A program made the translations under genes and the position numbers. The notes beneath the pieces were generated by a model. That model searched no databases and was not told where the DNA came from. It worked only from the letters and a program-made list of their open reading frames with translations. 64,000 nucleotides of DNA from Podarcis pityusensis (taxonomy: Eukaryota): assembly GCA_964106645.2 (NCBI GenBank), contig OZ067041.1. The stretch is one strand, 5' to 3'. The number at the start of each line of letters is the position of its first letter. Within the stretch, counting starts at the first letter, position 1. Shown piece after piece: positions 25,945-38,064 of this stretch.

Positions 25945-26180
25945 CTACTTGGATGGCTTTAAGAGGATAAGGCAACATTCCAGTAGAATAGGCTATCAAG
26001 AGCTACCAGCCATGATGTCAGTGTTGTACTCCGAATGTCAGTTGCTGGGAATCATAAGTGGATAGAGTGCTGTTATTCTTACTTCCTGCTTAGGGGCTTC
26101 CCATAGGCATCTGGCTGGCCACTGTGAGGATGCTGGACTAGATGGGTCACTGTATTCATGCAGCAGACTCTTCCTATTAT
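25945..26180 (+). mobile_element. CR1-type LINE 3' fragment
   Basis: TTGGATGGCTTTAAGAGG, GGCTATCAA, GGCATCTGGCTGGCCACTGTGAGGATGCTGGACTAGATGGG; same family as 35-270. Confidence 0.65.
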
Positions 26181-26492
26181 AAGATTGGGGTGGGAGAATC
26201 ATGAATGGCATCCTGAACTCCTTGGATGAAGGGATGGCTAAAAAACAAACAAACCCCACAATGGGACTGCCATGAAATGGCTGTAGCTGGAAAAGAATGC
26301 ACTTGCTACTTCTTCTGTCTCACAATACAACAGCTTCCTTCTCCCTCCCTAATGTTGGATCAGGGCTTGTTGAAGTTATGGGAAAGGGAGGAGTTCAGAC
26401 GTAATTGTGCACAGACTCTTTGGGGCTGGACTCATCTGGCTACAATGGAGAATAAATTCTGGTGCATGAGGGGGGGAAAGCCCTTTGAAGTA

Positions 26493-26496
<4 letters not shown>

Positions 26497-26558
<62 letters not shown>
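26497..26558. repeat. Compound (GT)n(GA)n microsatellite
   Basis: Direct reading. Confidence 0.95.
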
Positions 26559-26562
<4 letters not shown>

Positions 26563-27346
26563 ATTGGTTACTGTCAGGTGACAGATAATCCGTACCATTT
26601 TCTGCATGTCCTGTTCCCTTTATCTCTTAGCCAAAAGTTACATTTCCTATGTGAATGAGTCAGTATTCTGGGCCAGTCATAATTTCCCTTCTAATCACAC
26701 ACGTTGATTTAGACTATCTCTCCCCCCCCCCATTTTTTGTTTTTAATGTTGAAGCAGCAAGGTGTAGGGAGCAATCCTCACAGTCGGTTGTGTCATATAA
26801 AATTCAGATGCTGGTACTGACAGTGTAAAATATTTAGGCCGAGAGCATGAGTGCTGATAATCTAATATACATTTAAGTTGTGCTCATTAATGTAGATATG
26901 CTTCTGCAAATTTGAAAGACATCTGTTCTAATGTCTTGACTTGCTAGTCCAAGTAGGGTGGTGGCCAGAGAAGAATTTTTTTTTTCTATTGATGACAAAA
27001 TTCACAAACTTAGCTGGGTTGTAACTATGCTATTCTTTAATAGCCTCCTGTAATGCACACTGATCATTTCGAAAATACTTTGAATTTTGAAGGATGTAAA
27101 ATTGTGCTTCTTCTCTTTTGTCACTGATTCTCTCCCAAGCCTTGTCATATTATTGTTTCCAAATTTCTCCTGAATTGTGTCACACTTGCTTCCAATTTGG
27201 TGTTCCTGGTTTCTGTGGTTTGGATATGGTTCACTGATGGTATTGTTTATTGCATTTTATGGGGGTGAAGAGTTATCTTATCTTTAAGGATACATATATT
27301 TGCACTGGTTCCTGCGAGTGCCCATCCCATCTACCATGGGCTAGTG

Positions 27347-27484
27347 CAGATGTGGGGAACCTTTGGCCGTCTAGATGTTGCTGAACTACAACTCCTATCA
27401 TCCTTGGGTGTTGGCTATGATTGCTAGGACTGATGGGAGTTGTAGTTCAGCAACATCCAAAGGGCCAAAGGTTCCCCAATGCTG
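27347..27484. mobile_element. Palindromic hAT-type MITE
   Basis: Long inverted arms GGGGAACCTTTGGCC...GATGTTGCTGAACTACAACTCC / GGAGTTGTAGTTCAGCAACATC...GGCCAAAGGTTCCCC. 8-bp TSD GGCTAGTG / GGTTAGTG. Confidence 0.88.
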
Positions 27485-27582
27485 GGTTAGTGTTTGAAGG
27501 AGGGAGAATGTAGGAATCTTCTTTAACAGTGTGGTGTGGGGAGAAGTATAGCTGCAGATATAGTGGTGCATCACACAAGGTT

Positions 27583-27882
27583 GAGAGCCAGTGTGGTGTA
27601 GTGGTTAAGAGTGGTAGACTCGTAATCTGGTGAACCGGGTTTGTGTCTCCACTCCTCCACATGCAGCTGCTGGGTGACCTTGGGCTAGTCACACTTCTCT
27701 GAACTCTCAGCCCCACTCACCTCACAGAGTGTTTGTTGTGGGGGAGGAAGGGAAAGGAGAAGGTTAGCCGCTTTGAGACTCCTTAGGGTAGTGATAAAGC
27801 GGGATATCAAATCCAAACGCTGCTGCTGCTGCTGCTTCTTCTTCTTCTTCTTCTTCTTCTTCTTCTTCTTCTTCTTCTTCTT
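27583..27882 (+). mobile_element. Full-length Squam3-like tRNA SINE with (GCT)n(CTT)n tail
   Basis: GAGAGCCAGTGTGGTGTAGTGG head, near-identical to 2621-2870, long trinucleotide tail. Confidence 0.88.
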
Positions 27883-29389
27883 GGTGTTGTATGACGGAAA
27901 GAGAGCGGTTGCATCTCACACTAGATGTTCATGTCTTGGTAGTCTCCATATGATGCTAGAAAATGTCTTTTTAAAAATGGAGTTGGGTTTTAGCAGTAAA
28001 TATCTAGCTATATCTCAGGGGTTTCTCATAGGGAAGACCATAGGGTGAAGCCATAGCACACTGTTCAGATAATGCAATGCTTTGCCATGTATGCAATTTC
28101 CAAGGCTCCTGGACACACACATTTGGTGAACTCTGGAAATGGAAAAGCGATGTTACTCAGGGTTCACAAAAGTAAGGCCCCAGTCATGTGTATTGAAAGG
28201 GAAAAAGAACCCATGGGATTAGGTAACCTCAAGCATGTTGAATGCTTCACACACACACCCCGTCCACACCCTGGAAGACAGGGGGAGATAAGTGGACACG
28301 ACAGGTGAGAAGTCCCAGGAGCCATTGTAGTTGTGATGAAGTAGGAAAGGGTATCCAATTGTTCTCCTTGCTGAATTAGCTGCTCCTTTATTCTGTCTCT
28401 TGCGCTGAATTTAGCAGGTTGTTATTTACCTGGGATTTTTGACTTTGTTTTTGATAGCTTTGTAGTCTAGTTTACTGCTCTCTGAGGACAGATCTGAGTG
28501 TTGAAAAAAAAGTTCATGAGACTGTCAGCTCAGATTGCAGGGGGTGAGTGGGAAGAAAAAATGTCTGAATGCTTTTGGTCACTGCAGGCAACCCCTGCAC
28601 ATGGAAATCTAGCATGATAGAAGCTCCCCAACTCTCCTTCGATGCTAGGAGTTTATGACTCCGAAGAATACCTTCTAACACACTCCATGAAATAAAACAT
28701 TTCATCTAGTTTTTCATCATCTGTATTAAACTTGAGAATACGGTTCATGTGCAAATGTAACATCTGCCTCAGATCTTAATCTTCAGATCCCCTGTGCACA
28801 GTACTAAACAAACAAAATAACTGGCAAAGAAAATGTTTGACTTGCAAAAATCTTCAAGCCAAGGTCTATTGCATGGGCTCGGCGAATGATGTGCTATGCT
28901 CCATCATCTCCTGATAAAAATTTGCCTATGACTGGATGAGGACATCCTGTCATCTTTTTTAAGCTTCTATTTCAATAAGGATGCTCCTTCGTAAATAGAA
29001 GGAATCTAACTTTGGAACTTGGAAAGTTGAGATCTTATGTACATCTAGTATTCGTCTCACCTGTGCACCTCCTTTCTTCACTGGTCATAATAGCTTAACT
29101 GCCCCAGAGATGTGAGAACCTCCTCACTACCATATAAGCACATGGTACATAGTTATTTGATGGGCATAAATATGCATTTATTTTCTAAACTGCGTTCAAA
29201 CCATGCATCCTTCAAGTCAAAACCTAAAACTACAAAGGAAACAGGCATGTGCTTTGTAAGAACTGGGGACATGTGGAATTAATAAAAATTCCAAGCATAA
29301 TAAATAGGCGATCATCATGGGAAAGGGAGTCTTGTTGTCATGTGATGCCATGGGCTCTCCTTAGAGATGGCGTATGGTGAGGGGTGAGT

Positions 29390-29878
29390 GTCATCGCTGA
29401 GTCATGCAACAGGAGGGGGCTCTGCTCACTCCCTCAGATGCAGCCCCTCTTCTGATGTCACTAATCTATTCTGCACCACAGAATTGATTAACATTCATAG
29501 GGAGAACAGGAAAGTAGAGACCATGTGAAAAAAGGGAGGCTAGCTGGGTTTATCCCCCCCTTCACGCTCCCATTGCAAACACACAGAGAGTGGGGAGACA
29601 ATCGAGCACAGACCTGCTATTTTATAACCGGGGTCTCTGACGTATGGCTGAGTCTTTCCTGGCAGAGATCTTTATGGACCAGTAGGCAGATCGAAACTAA
29701 AGCTGACACGACTTTGTGCATTTTGGAAAGGAGCGTAATCTACTGTAGTGAGGAACAGAGCCACTCAATCACTGCGGCGGTAAATAGGAGACAGAAGGGA
29801 AGGAAGAAAGAAGGAAGAGAGACTCTTTGCTGGGGGCGGGGAGCGAGAGCATTTTTGGTGGATGGTATAAAGCCAGCC
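29390..29878 (+). promoter_or_regulatory. Putative proximal GPM6B promoter and 5' UTR
   Basis: AP-1 TGAGTCA at 29398-29404, CRE-like TGATGTCA at 29453-29460, TATAA at 29623-29627, TGACGTA at 29638-29644, then a purine-rich leader to the ATG. No upstream splice acceptor is evident. The TSS is not determinable from sequence. Confidence 0.55.
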
Positions 29879-29927
29879 ATGGAAACTGCAGCGGAGGAAA
29901 ATACAGAACAAAGCCAAGAGAAAAAAG
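29879..29927 (+). CDS. GPM6B: GPM6B proximal first coding exon (METAAEENTEQSQEKK + G)
   Basis: ATG in strong Kozak context (ccagccATGG). Peptide matches the recalled M6b N-terminus (MKPA)METAAEENTEQSQERK. Phase-1 donor AG|gtaccc at 29928 is compatible with the exons at 38847 and 53749. Confidence 0.93.
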
Positions 29928-32900
29928 GTACCCAGAGGACCGAACAATAGACTGTTTAAATCTTTTTAAGAACCTTAAGTGAAAAGATTTAGGCTATGTT
30001 TGTCACTCTCTTTAGAGCAGTGCTTAAATTATCATTATGGCATTTTCTAGCTTCCAGTGGTTTTTATGCTGTATGGCTTGACAGCAGATTAATGGAACAG
30101 CCATCTCTCCCAACATCTCTAAGTTGGTGTTTTCAGCCATCTCGAATCCCATGAAAAAACCCGGACTGCATTTTTTGCAGTTTAGAGAAAAATTGTGTGT
30201 GTGTGTGTACGTACATACATACATACATACATGCCGTATTCACACATTTTGAGTCTGATGGTAGGGGTTTGGGTGATCCAGTATTACTGTAACAGGAAGC
30301 TTTCTGCCAGTGTAGACATAATGGCTTGTTTTCTTTTTCTTTCTTGTACAGCACTTATGTGTTGCATTTCTATAATATTTGGGGGAAGAGAATGAGGCAG
30401 TAATATTATGCAAATAATTAAAGTGCACAATAGTGTTTGGGGGCAAATGTTCCAACTGAAAGACTTACAGACCAGAAAATGGCATTGTGGCAAGAGAATC
30501 AAATCTGAATGTTGCTGGTTGTTGTTATTCTTAAAGATCAATGAAACAAAGTTAACAGCCTGCATTATTTCATTCGATTGCACTTCTCTGTAGCAGGCTA
30601 GTGTAGTTATTTAGAAACTTTGCAGCCATTGACACTTGTATAAAACCACTGACTTGAAAGGGAATGAGCACACACTAAAGGATTGGTTCCAGTATTTTAT
30701 CTTGTTTGAGAAATTTTAAAACTTAAAGGACCTGTTATATATATTGTTACTAGTGGTTTCTTTGTATTTCTTCCTAAATTGCTAATGAATACTTCTAAAT
30801 TAATGGTTTCGAGTGTCCGGAAAAGAATCTGTTAGTTAAATGTACAGTGATGCGATACATATTCCGCAAATTTTAATTGTGTTGCTCAGTGAAACATCAT
30901 TTCCTTCACCACACCACCCTTGCAAAGAAAGTTAATTGGTGGCATCTAAAGAACTGCTTAGCCTTTACACCAGTTTGATGGGATGGATATAATCTATCTA
31001 TCTATCATCTATCATATCTATACTATATCTATATATCTCAGTGCCATATCGCAAACCCCTACTGAAAGTTTTCTGTATTCCAGAAGCAGTTTGCTCTGCA
31101 ACTTGGGATGGGTGTTGTGTCGCTGTTTAAGAAACACAAGTGCGAAGTCCCCTGAAGCTCATAGTCTTTTTGATCATGGCCCATGTCTAAAGCATTTCAG
31201 GACTAGTGTCATGTATGTGCCTTTAAACATCACCTAAGCTTGCGGAGTCGTTCTACCTTTAAGATGACACTTCTGATTTTGCTATTGTATCCTGACTTTA
31301 GCTGGTTTGCTAGATTGCATGGACTTATTTGGAAGTATACCATTTTCCCTTGATCGTCTGTAAAGGGTGCGGCTTATAAAGTCTTTAAAAGAAAGTAATC
31401 ACCCACGTTATGATGTTCCCCCTTGTAGAATGGGTTAGGTTTACAAAGATAAATAAAATATGAATAGATCCCCTCACCTAAAACTCAGACTAGACTCTGA
31501 CTATTTATGCTTTGGGTATTATTACTATTTTTAAAAAAATTATTTGCATTTCTAAATGGCTATTTCGGAGACATTCCTAACTGAAATTAAGAGGATGTAA
31601 GCATTTTACTAGGCTTTGAAATCCTGTCAGGTTTTTTTTCTCTTTCATTTTTTAGAATAGAATTTAGATATGCATAATTTCTTTGGATGGTGTTTTAGAT
31701 TTTGTTTGTAGTATTTAACACCCAATGACCTTTATGGATATTACTGTGGGTTGTTTTTCCAACCCCCTTTGTAGTATTATTTACAAGACACATAAGAATT
31801 TTGTACTGCTTTCAGGTGTATGACACACCATGGGAACTTAATATGGAGAAAAAATTCAATACACAAACCCTTTCACACTGTTAAAACCTGTATCAAAATC
31901 CCTAGACTTTTTTTTTTTAAGTAATGCAAATGTTTTCTAAATAACATGACTTTAAAAAATGTAATTACGTCGATTTAAAAGAAAACCTGTCTTAAATTGT
32001 AGCATATTTTTTCATTGGTCATCTCTATGAAGCAATTGTTGGTGTGTTATCGAAATGTCAGATATTGAACACAGATATCTGCACACTTGTCACTGTTAAA
32101 ATAAATAGTTTTGATTATTTAAAACATCCCCTTGTATGCAAATAAAGATTCAAGTGTTGAGGTGATTGAAATAATTGTTGGTACATTTTGAGTGAAATCT
32201 TCTTCTGTCCACACCCATAAGAATTCTGCAATTGATTTTCAAAAACAAGTGCAGTGGACCTATCATCCTCATTTTTGTAGCATTCTAGAAACGCACAGAA
32301 GTGTTTCTCCAAAAAATAATAATGCTTTTCTTGAATTGTTGAACAGCAATAACCTACTGTCATAGAAAGGAATCCATAGCTGTAAAGATTAGCACACAGA
32401 GTGAATAAGTTGGACACCACAGCAAGTTACTTACACTTTGGTCCCATTGAAATCAACATAAAATTATAGTTATGACTAACTTAGGTGTCATTGAAATCAA
32501 TGGGACTTGCATGCCATTAACATGATGGTTATATGCCCATGGTGGTTTACATCTGAAGTGGCACAATAGTGCATCTAATTTTTCATTCTAATGTACTGTA
32601 AAATGTTTTAAAATACTTGAGTCCCTGACGTTTAGTTTTTGGTGAATGTGTAATTAAAATACGTTTCGAACTAAGTATGTCTTATACTATAAATCTCTAG
32701 AACTGTATGAAAAAAGATTAGCCAAAAAAATACACAGTGTGATTTGCAGTATCCTTAAGGCTTCTCTGGAGAGGAGCCATTGTGGCATTTGCTGTTCTTT
32801 TAATTGGTAAAACTGTGTGACACTCTTGTTAATATGCTGCTTTATTCCGATGATCAAATATCAAAGGAATAGGCTATGAACATTGTCCGTGGAAATGTTG

Positions 32901-34229
32901 AGCAGATATTTTACAGGCTGCAAGACAGATTGAGTGCATTTAAAGCTGAAGGTTTATAAATTATTGTAAATGACAGGGTTTATCTTGCAGGCATTAAATT
33001 AAATCAAAAAGTGAGGACGGGGATAGGCGGATTTACTGAGATGGAATAAATGGGTAAAATGAATGCCATTTTAAATCAGCAGAGAAGTAGGAAATACACC
33101 CAGATACATATTAACACAGACAAGATGTTTGTATTAATTTGGGGCGGGGATACTATCCCAATAAGTAAAGCACGGGAGAAACATGTCATACAAGATTTAT
33201 TGCAGATGTCCAGAGCAAACTGGCTATAAGGTTATGGTAGATTTAAAAAGCAAATCCCAAAAGAATTGCTATATTTGAGTAATGTATGAAATGATGCTTG
33301 TTTTTTTACAGCAAGCAAGAAAAACCTGAACACACAAAATGCACTGTTTAGGCTGCAGTGCTATAATAACTTCCTTGGGAGTACACACCATTGAACTCAG
33401 TGGTACTTACTTCTAAGAAGTCATGCATATTAGAAGGACTTGTACATTTGACTATTGACCTTCCTGTGAGAAATTGCTGAGAGATTTCAAGTGGAAGGTG
33501 TGTTGCCATTAAAAATACGGAAAATCTGAAATGGTGGTGAAAAAAAGAAATAAAATCAGAGTTTTCTGGAATCTAAATTGTAGGCTTACATAGGACAGGC
33601 ACTTTTAAGTGTGTATATCTGAGATCAATTTCAATGTTGCAGAATCTTTGAATTAACTCCAGCTACTTCTGCTCACTAGCAGTCACAGGTAGGATACTGT
33701 TCATGCCCAATCATACTGTTGGCTTCCTATGTGTTTTACATTTTACTGTAGGTCACTGGCACCATATAAAGTTGCTTGTATTTTAAGGTTCATTAAGCTT
33801 TCAATACTTACTTAGGATTTGTGGCATATTGTGTGACAGCACGGAAGCCAGATATGTCAGAAACGATGATTTAGATCGGGGGTAGAAATTGCAAATTTAC
33901 CTGATCCTTACAGTGTTTAATAAACTTGGTGAATGCTTATCTTTGGAGAATGGGATTAGTTACATAATTTGTACAAGTATGGCAAAATAAATAAATCAAA
34001 ACCAATTCTTCCAGGTTTAGCAATTATTCACAGGCATGTGAGCGTTGATGAACACAGCTCCCATGCCCTGCAAAGGCTATGCCACTTCATTTTAGTTTTA
34101 TGAACATCTCCGTGTGTGCAAATTGATGGATACCTGGATCTGCCCTCTCCAATAAAATGAACATCTCCCCAGTCATATTCAGGTTCACACAGAATTCTTG
34201 ATTTGAGGGATGCTATAACTTCAACTTAT

Positions 34230-34609
34230 GGTCAGGGGTCCCTTTACCTTTAAGGGACGTGGGTGGCACTGTGGGTTAAACCACAGAGCCTAGGACTTGC
34301 CGATCAGAAGGTCGGCGGTTCGAATCCCTGCGATGGGGTGAGCTCCCATTGCTCGGTCCCTGCTCCTGCCAACCTAGCAGTTTGAAAGCACGTCAAAGTG
34401 CAAGTAGATAAATAGGTACTGCTCTGGCGGGAAGGTAAACGGCGTTTCCGTGCGCTGCTCTGGTTTGCCAGAAGCGTCTTAGTCATGCTGGCCACATGAC
34501 CCGGAAGCTGTACGCCGGCTCCCTTGGCCAGTAAAGCTAGATGAGCGCCGCAACCCCAGAGTCGGCCACGACTGGACCTAATGGTCAGGGGTCCCTTTAC
34601 CTTTACCTT
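34230..34609 (+). mobile_element. Sauria SINE (head at 34254) preceded by an extra copy of its own 3' tail
   Basis: Similar to 10688-11032. 16-bp TSD TATAACTTCAACTTAT at 34214-34229 and 34610-34625. Confidence 0.92.
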
Positions 34610-35858
34610 TATAACTTCAACTTATCATGTATTGTTTCTCTGCAACTGTCAGAGGGGCCTATGATTGATAGGTTGCACCTAGTTGCAATGATGTAGGTAG
34701 GCACAGAGCCATGGAATGACAAAAATGGTGACAGTAAAAATGACACCATCATGGTCTAACAAGGGTGATAGGTAGAAATGGGTGTTCATGCACAGATCAC
34801 GCTTCTAGAGGTGACTGAACAAAGAAACGGGCCAAACGTTAGAGAGTGCAGTCGTGGTCTGCACATGCTTCTATGCTCGAAGGTCACTTCTGCCAAACAG
34901 ATGGCTGGTGTTTGTCTGCTTTGACAGTGCAAAGCACCTGTTTGGGAGGACAGGAGAAGGATTCATACCCCTTCCATCACATGTGATTGGTGCTGTCAGC
35001 CATCTGTTCAGCCATGCTGGGGCATCACCTGGTGATAAGAGTTGAGCTTCCCCAAAGCATCGCTGCTTTTCTGCATGCATGGATTGCATCCGGAAAAGCA
35101 GTCGTACAAGAAGAGATTGCTTAGATCAGAGGGGCTCAAATAATTTGCAGAGGAAAATGTTAATGAAGTCAATACGCTTACATAATCTAAGTAATATTCT
35201 TATGGAAGGCTTTAGCTGTTGCAGCATAACCCTCTGCGGCATGCTGTTAAAACTTGACATTTATTTACTCTTTATGTACAGAGAGAGAGAGGCCCTTGCA
35301 ACAGGTCCCAAGAGGTGCAAAATTTGGTCTACCAGCAGGGCTAGGACTGTGGGGCACAGGTTTGTGTTAATGGCACCTTCATCTCTTCCTTTTCCATGAC
35401 CCCTGTTTGTAGAAGTACCTAGTATGATCTTCTTGCTCTGGTGCAGGAGTCTTTTTCCAGCAAGTGATAGAAGGGTGCAGGTGTAGCCTTGTGTTAGCAC
35501 TGAGTCTGCCCATATGTCCTGCCACAGGCCAAGAACATATTAAAAATCATTTGTTTAAAATAAAGCTGTACAAGGGTGGTTAAGTAATAGTACACCGTGT
35601 TTCCACTTTAGATTGCCCCATCCCATCTAGAGAAGAGTAATGCCTCTTAATTGTGCTGTACTGGTCACTAGTTTCCTCAAGGAAAAACTACAATTCTCCA
35701 GGCCATAAAAGTGTCTTTAAGAAAGGGAAGGAACTGCAGGTTGCTTCCATGTTAGCCCTTTTTCTCTGGGATTATCATCTGCTGTTCACTCACTTTTGAA
35801 CGTAATCTGGATGTTCTGTAAAAAAAAAAAGAGAGAGTGAACAAAGCTTGACCGTTCC

Positions 35859-35899
<41 letters not shown>
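35859..35899. repeat. Compound (GT)n(GA)n microsatellite
   Basis: Direct reading. Confidence 0.95.
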
Positions 35900-37703
35900 T
35901 ACACAGGTTGTTGTTAGATCACTGCAGTGTTCTCCATGTTTTCCTCCTATGTCTCCTGCCCCACAATCTGATAAATTATGACTGATTTTCCTGCAATACA
36001 ATGCAATGGCAGCCCCAGCCTGTCAAGTGTGGATACACAAAGCACTATTAAGATTTTTCCAGGGCTTTTGCGCCTTTAAATTAAACACTTCCTTTTTTCA
36101 GGTTCTTCCTGTGTAATTGCTTCCTGTTGATCCCAGTCTGAAGGATTTAATGAGTAATTGCCCGTTGAATAGATGCTCTGAATGTTAGTTTCTGTTCACG
36201 TCGAGAAACGAATAAGTGCCATTTCACTATTAAAAATGAAAAGAGAAAGGAAATAAGTAATTAAAGTGTCCCCTTTGGTGGGAACATAAACTGACATCAG
36301 GGCAATTCAGAGAGGCTATTCAAGGAGTAATTGCTCACTAACCCCCAGCTGGGATCAATAGGAAGCAATAACAGAGGCTGAACTTGTAAGCAATAAACTA
36401 TATATAAAGCTGGCAGGGCTGAATGGAACTTACTTGTGAGCAGGCGTGATAGAAATGCTAGTTAACATAGTGCTATGTTTTAATCCTGTGAGGAACCTCC
36501 ATTTTGATTCTTCCTCCAGCAATTTGTGAAGAAGCAGTGCCCCAGTAATACTAAAGGAATCTAATATGGAAGCAGTTTGAAGAAGCATAATTACAAAGCT
36601 CACACAGAGAGACAACTGCATAACCCATATATGCAAAAAAAAATAAAAAATGCTGCGAATGATCAGCCAGCCCTCCATTTTCTTGTTTGAGATCATGGTC
36701 AGCTGCTGTGGCATCCATTGTGGGCCTAAAGACAGAAGACTGATTGTGCATTAAGCGGAAACAGCCACAGCTGAATAACATGGACATATGCTCAAGGAAA
36801 TGTTGATAATTAGCTATCTAAGAGAGGATCTTTTTCTTAGACAGATATAAAAAGTGTATGGATCAAAAATAACTTAGTCCATGGTGGTTAAACTCCTTAG
36901 ATTTTTGCTGCAAGGACTCAGGTTCTTTATAGAATCAGCGTTGGCTTTATGATGAGATGGGTGCAGATGCAAAAGATTTCACTTCCACTTGAAACCCACA
37001 AACATTTCTTTTAATTTTGTGGTTATATAGCTGCAACCGGGTTGATTTGTTTTTTATTCTCCAGGGAAATCTGAAGCAGTTTAGTTGCCTCAAAACCAAA
37101 CCGAACTCAAGATTGATTTGCAAGAAGACTTGGAAAAGCCTGAATAGAATATTTAAAGCATACTCCATAAACAGTGCACTGGTGGTTTCACAACTTTGTT
37201 CATTTGAGTGGGATTTCCACTTAAACCCCATAGTAATGAACAGAGATTGTGCAGAAGTAATACCATTTGGAGAGTTTGGGTCCCATTTCTCCCTGAAACC
37301 TGTTGCATGCTCCTTAATAAAATTTTAATGTCTTAAGAATATGGAACCAAATACTAAAGAACAACAGTGCATTTGAGGAAAGGATCCATCTTGTGTTGAT
37401 CTCTCCACAGTTAAAAACACCTGATAATGAAATGCCTTGGTGGGGTTTATCAAAAGCATCTTCCCAACATTCAGGGCACTTAGACTTAGATGTTACTTCC
37501 TAGTAGAATATAAAGTACTGCATGCTATTGGTTATTGTTTGACAACTCCCAAGAGTATGAAGAGGGGATCTTGCTGAAGATAATCCATAAAACTTTGGCT
37601 TAATTTGTAAATCATAAATTATTTTTTAACTTCTAAATCATCAGCATTTAGATTTTTTGTAATATTTATATTTCATGATTTTTTTTGTTGATTTCATTGC
37701 TAT

Positions 37704-38064
37704 TAGGGATCGAGAATAAATTTGATTTCGTTAGCATTAAATGGGAAACTACCTAATTCATGCTCTCAGACAAATATGTGAACTGAAACATAACTCCTCT
37801 TTTCTGAATTTTGCAGTGTGTACAAAAATGCATGTTAGGGAAAGTGTACATAAAAATGCATATATTTCTGCAAATAATGTAGCATAAATATGCATTATAT
37901 ATGCAGAAATTGTTGGCATAAACGTACATATTAAAACTGCATACAAAAATGTGTTTATTAGGAGAAATTTGCACTAAAGTTCTGGTGAATTTCTAAACTG
38001 ATTCAGAAAGGTAAAGAACTGAATTTAAGACAGGAAGAATGAAAAAGAGATTTCTTCATCCCTA
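37704..38064. mobile_element. AT-rich non-autonomous hAT-like element
   Basis: TAGGGAT ... ATCCCTA ends. 8-bp TSD ATTGCTAT / ATTTCTAT (7/8). Confidence 0.72.

Noticed and set aside
1-29389. Distal GPM6B first exon (Met-only exon recalled from the mammalian short isoform) or another host gene
   Set aside because: No convincing ATGG|GTRAG with promoter or CpG-island context was seen. Candidates such as ATGG|GTATTA (~21538) are weak. The exon is probably outside the window.
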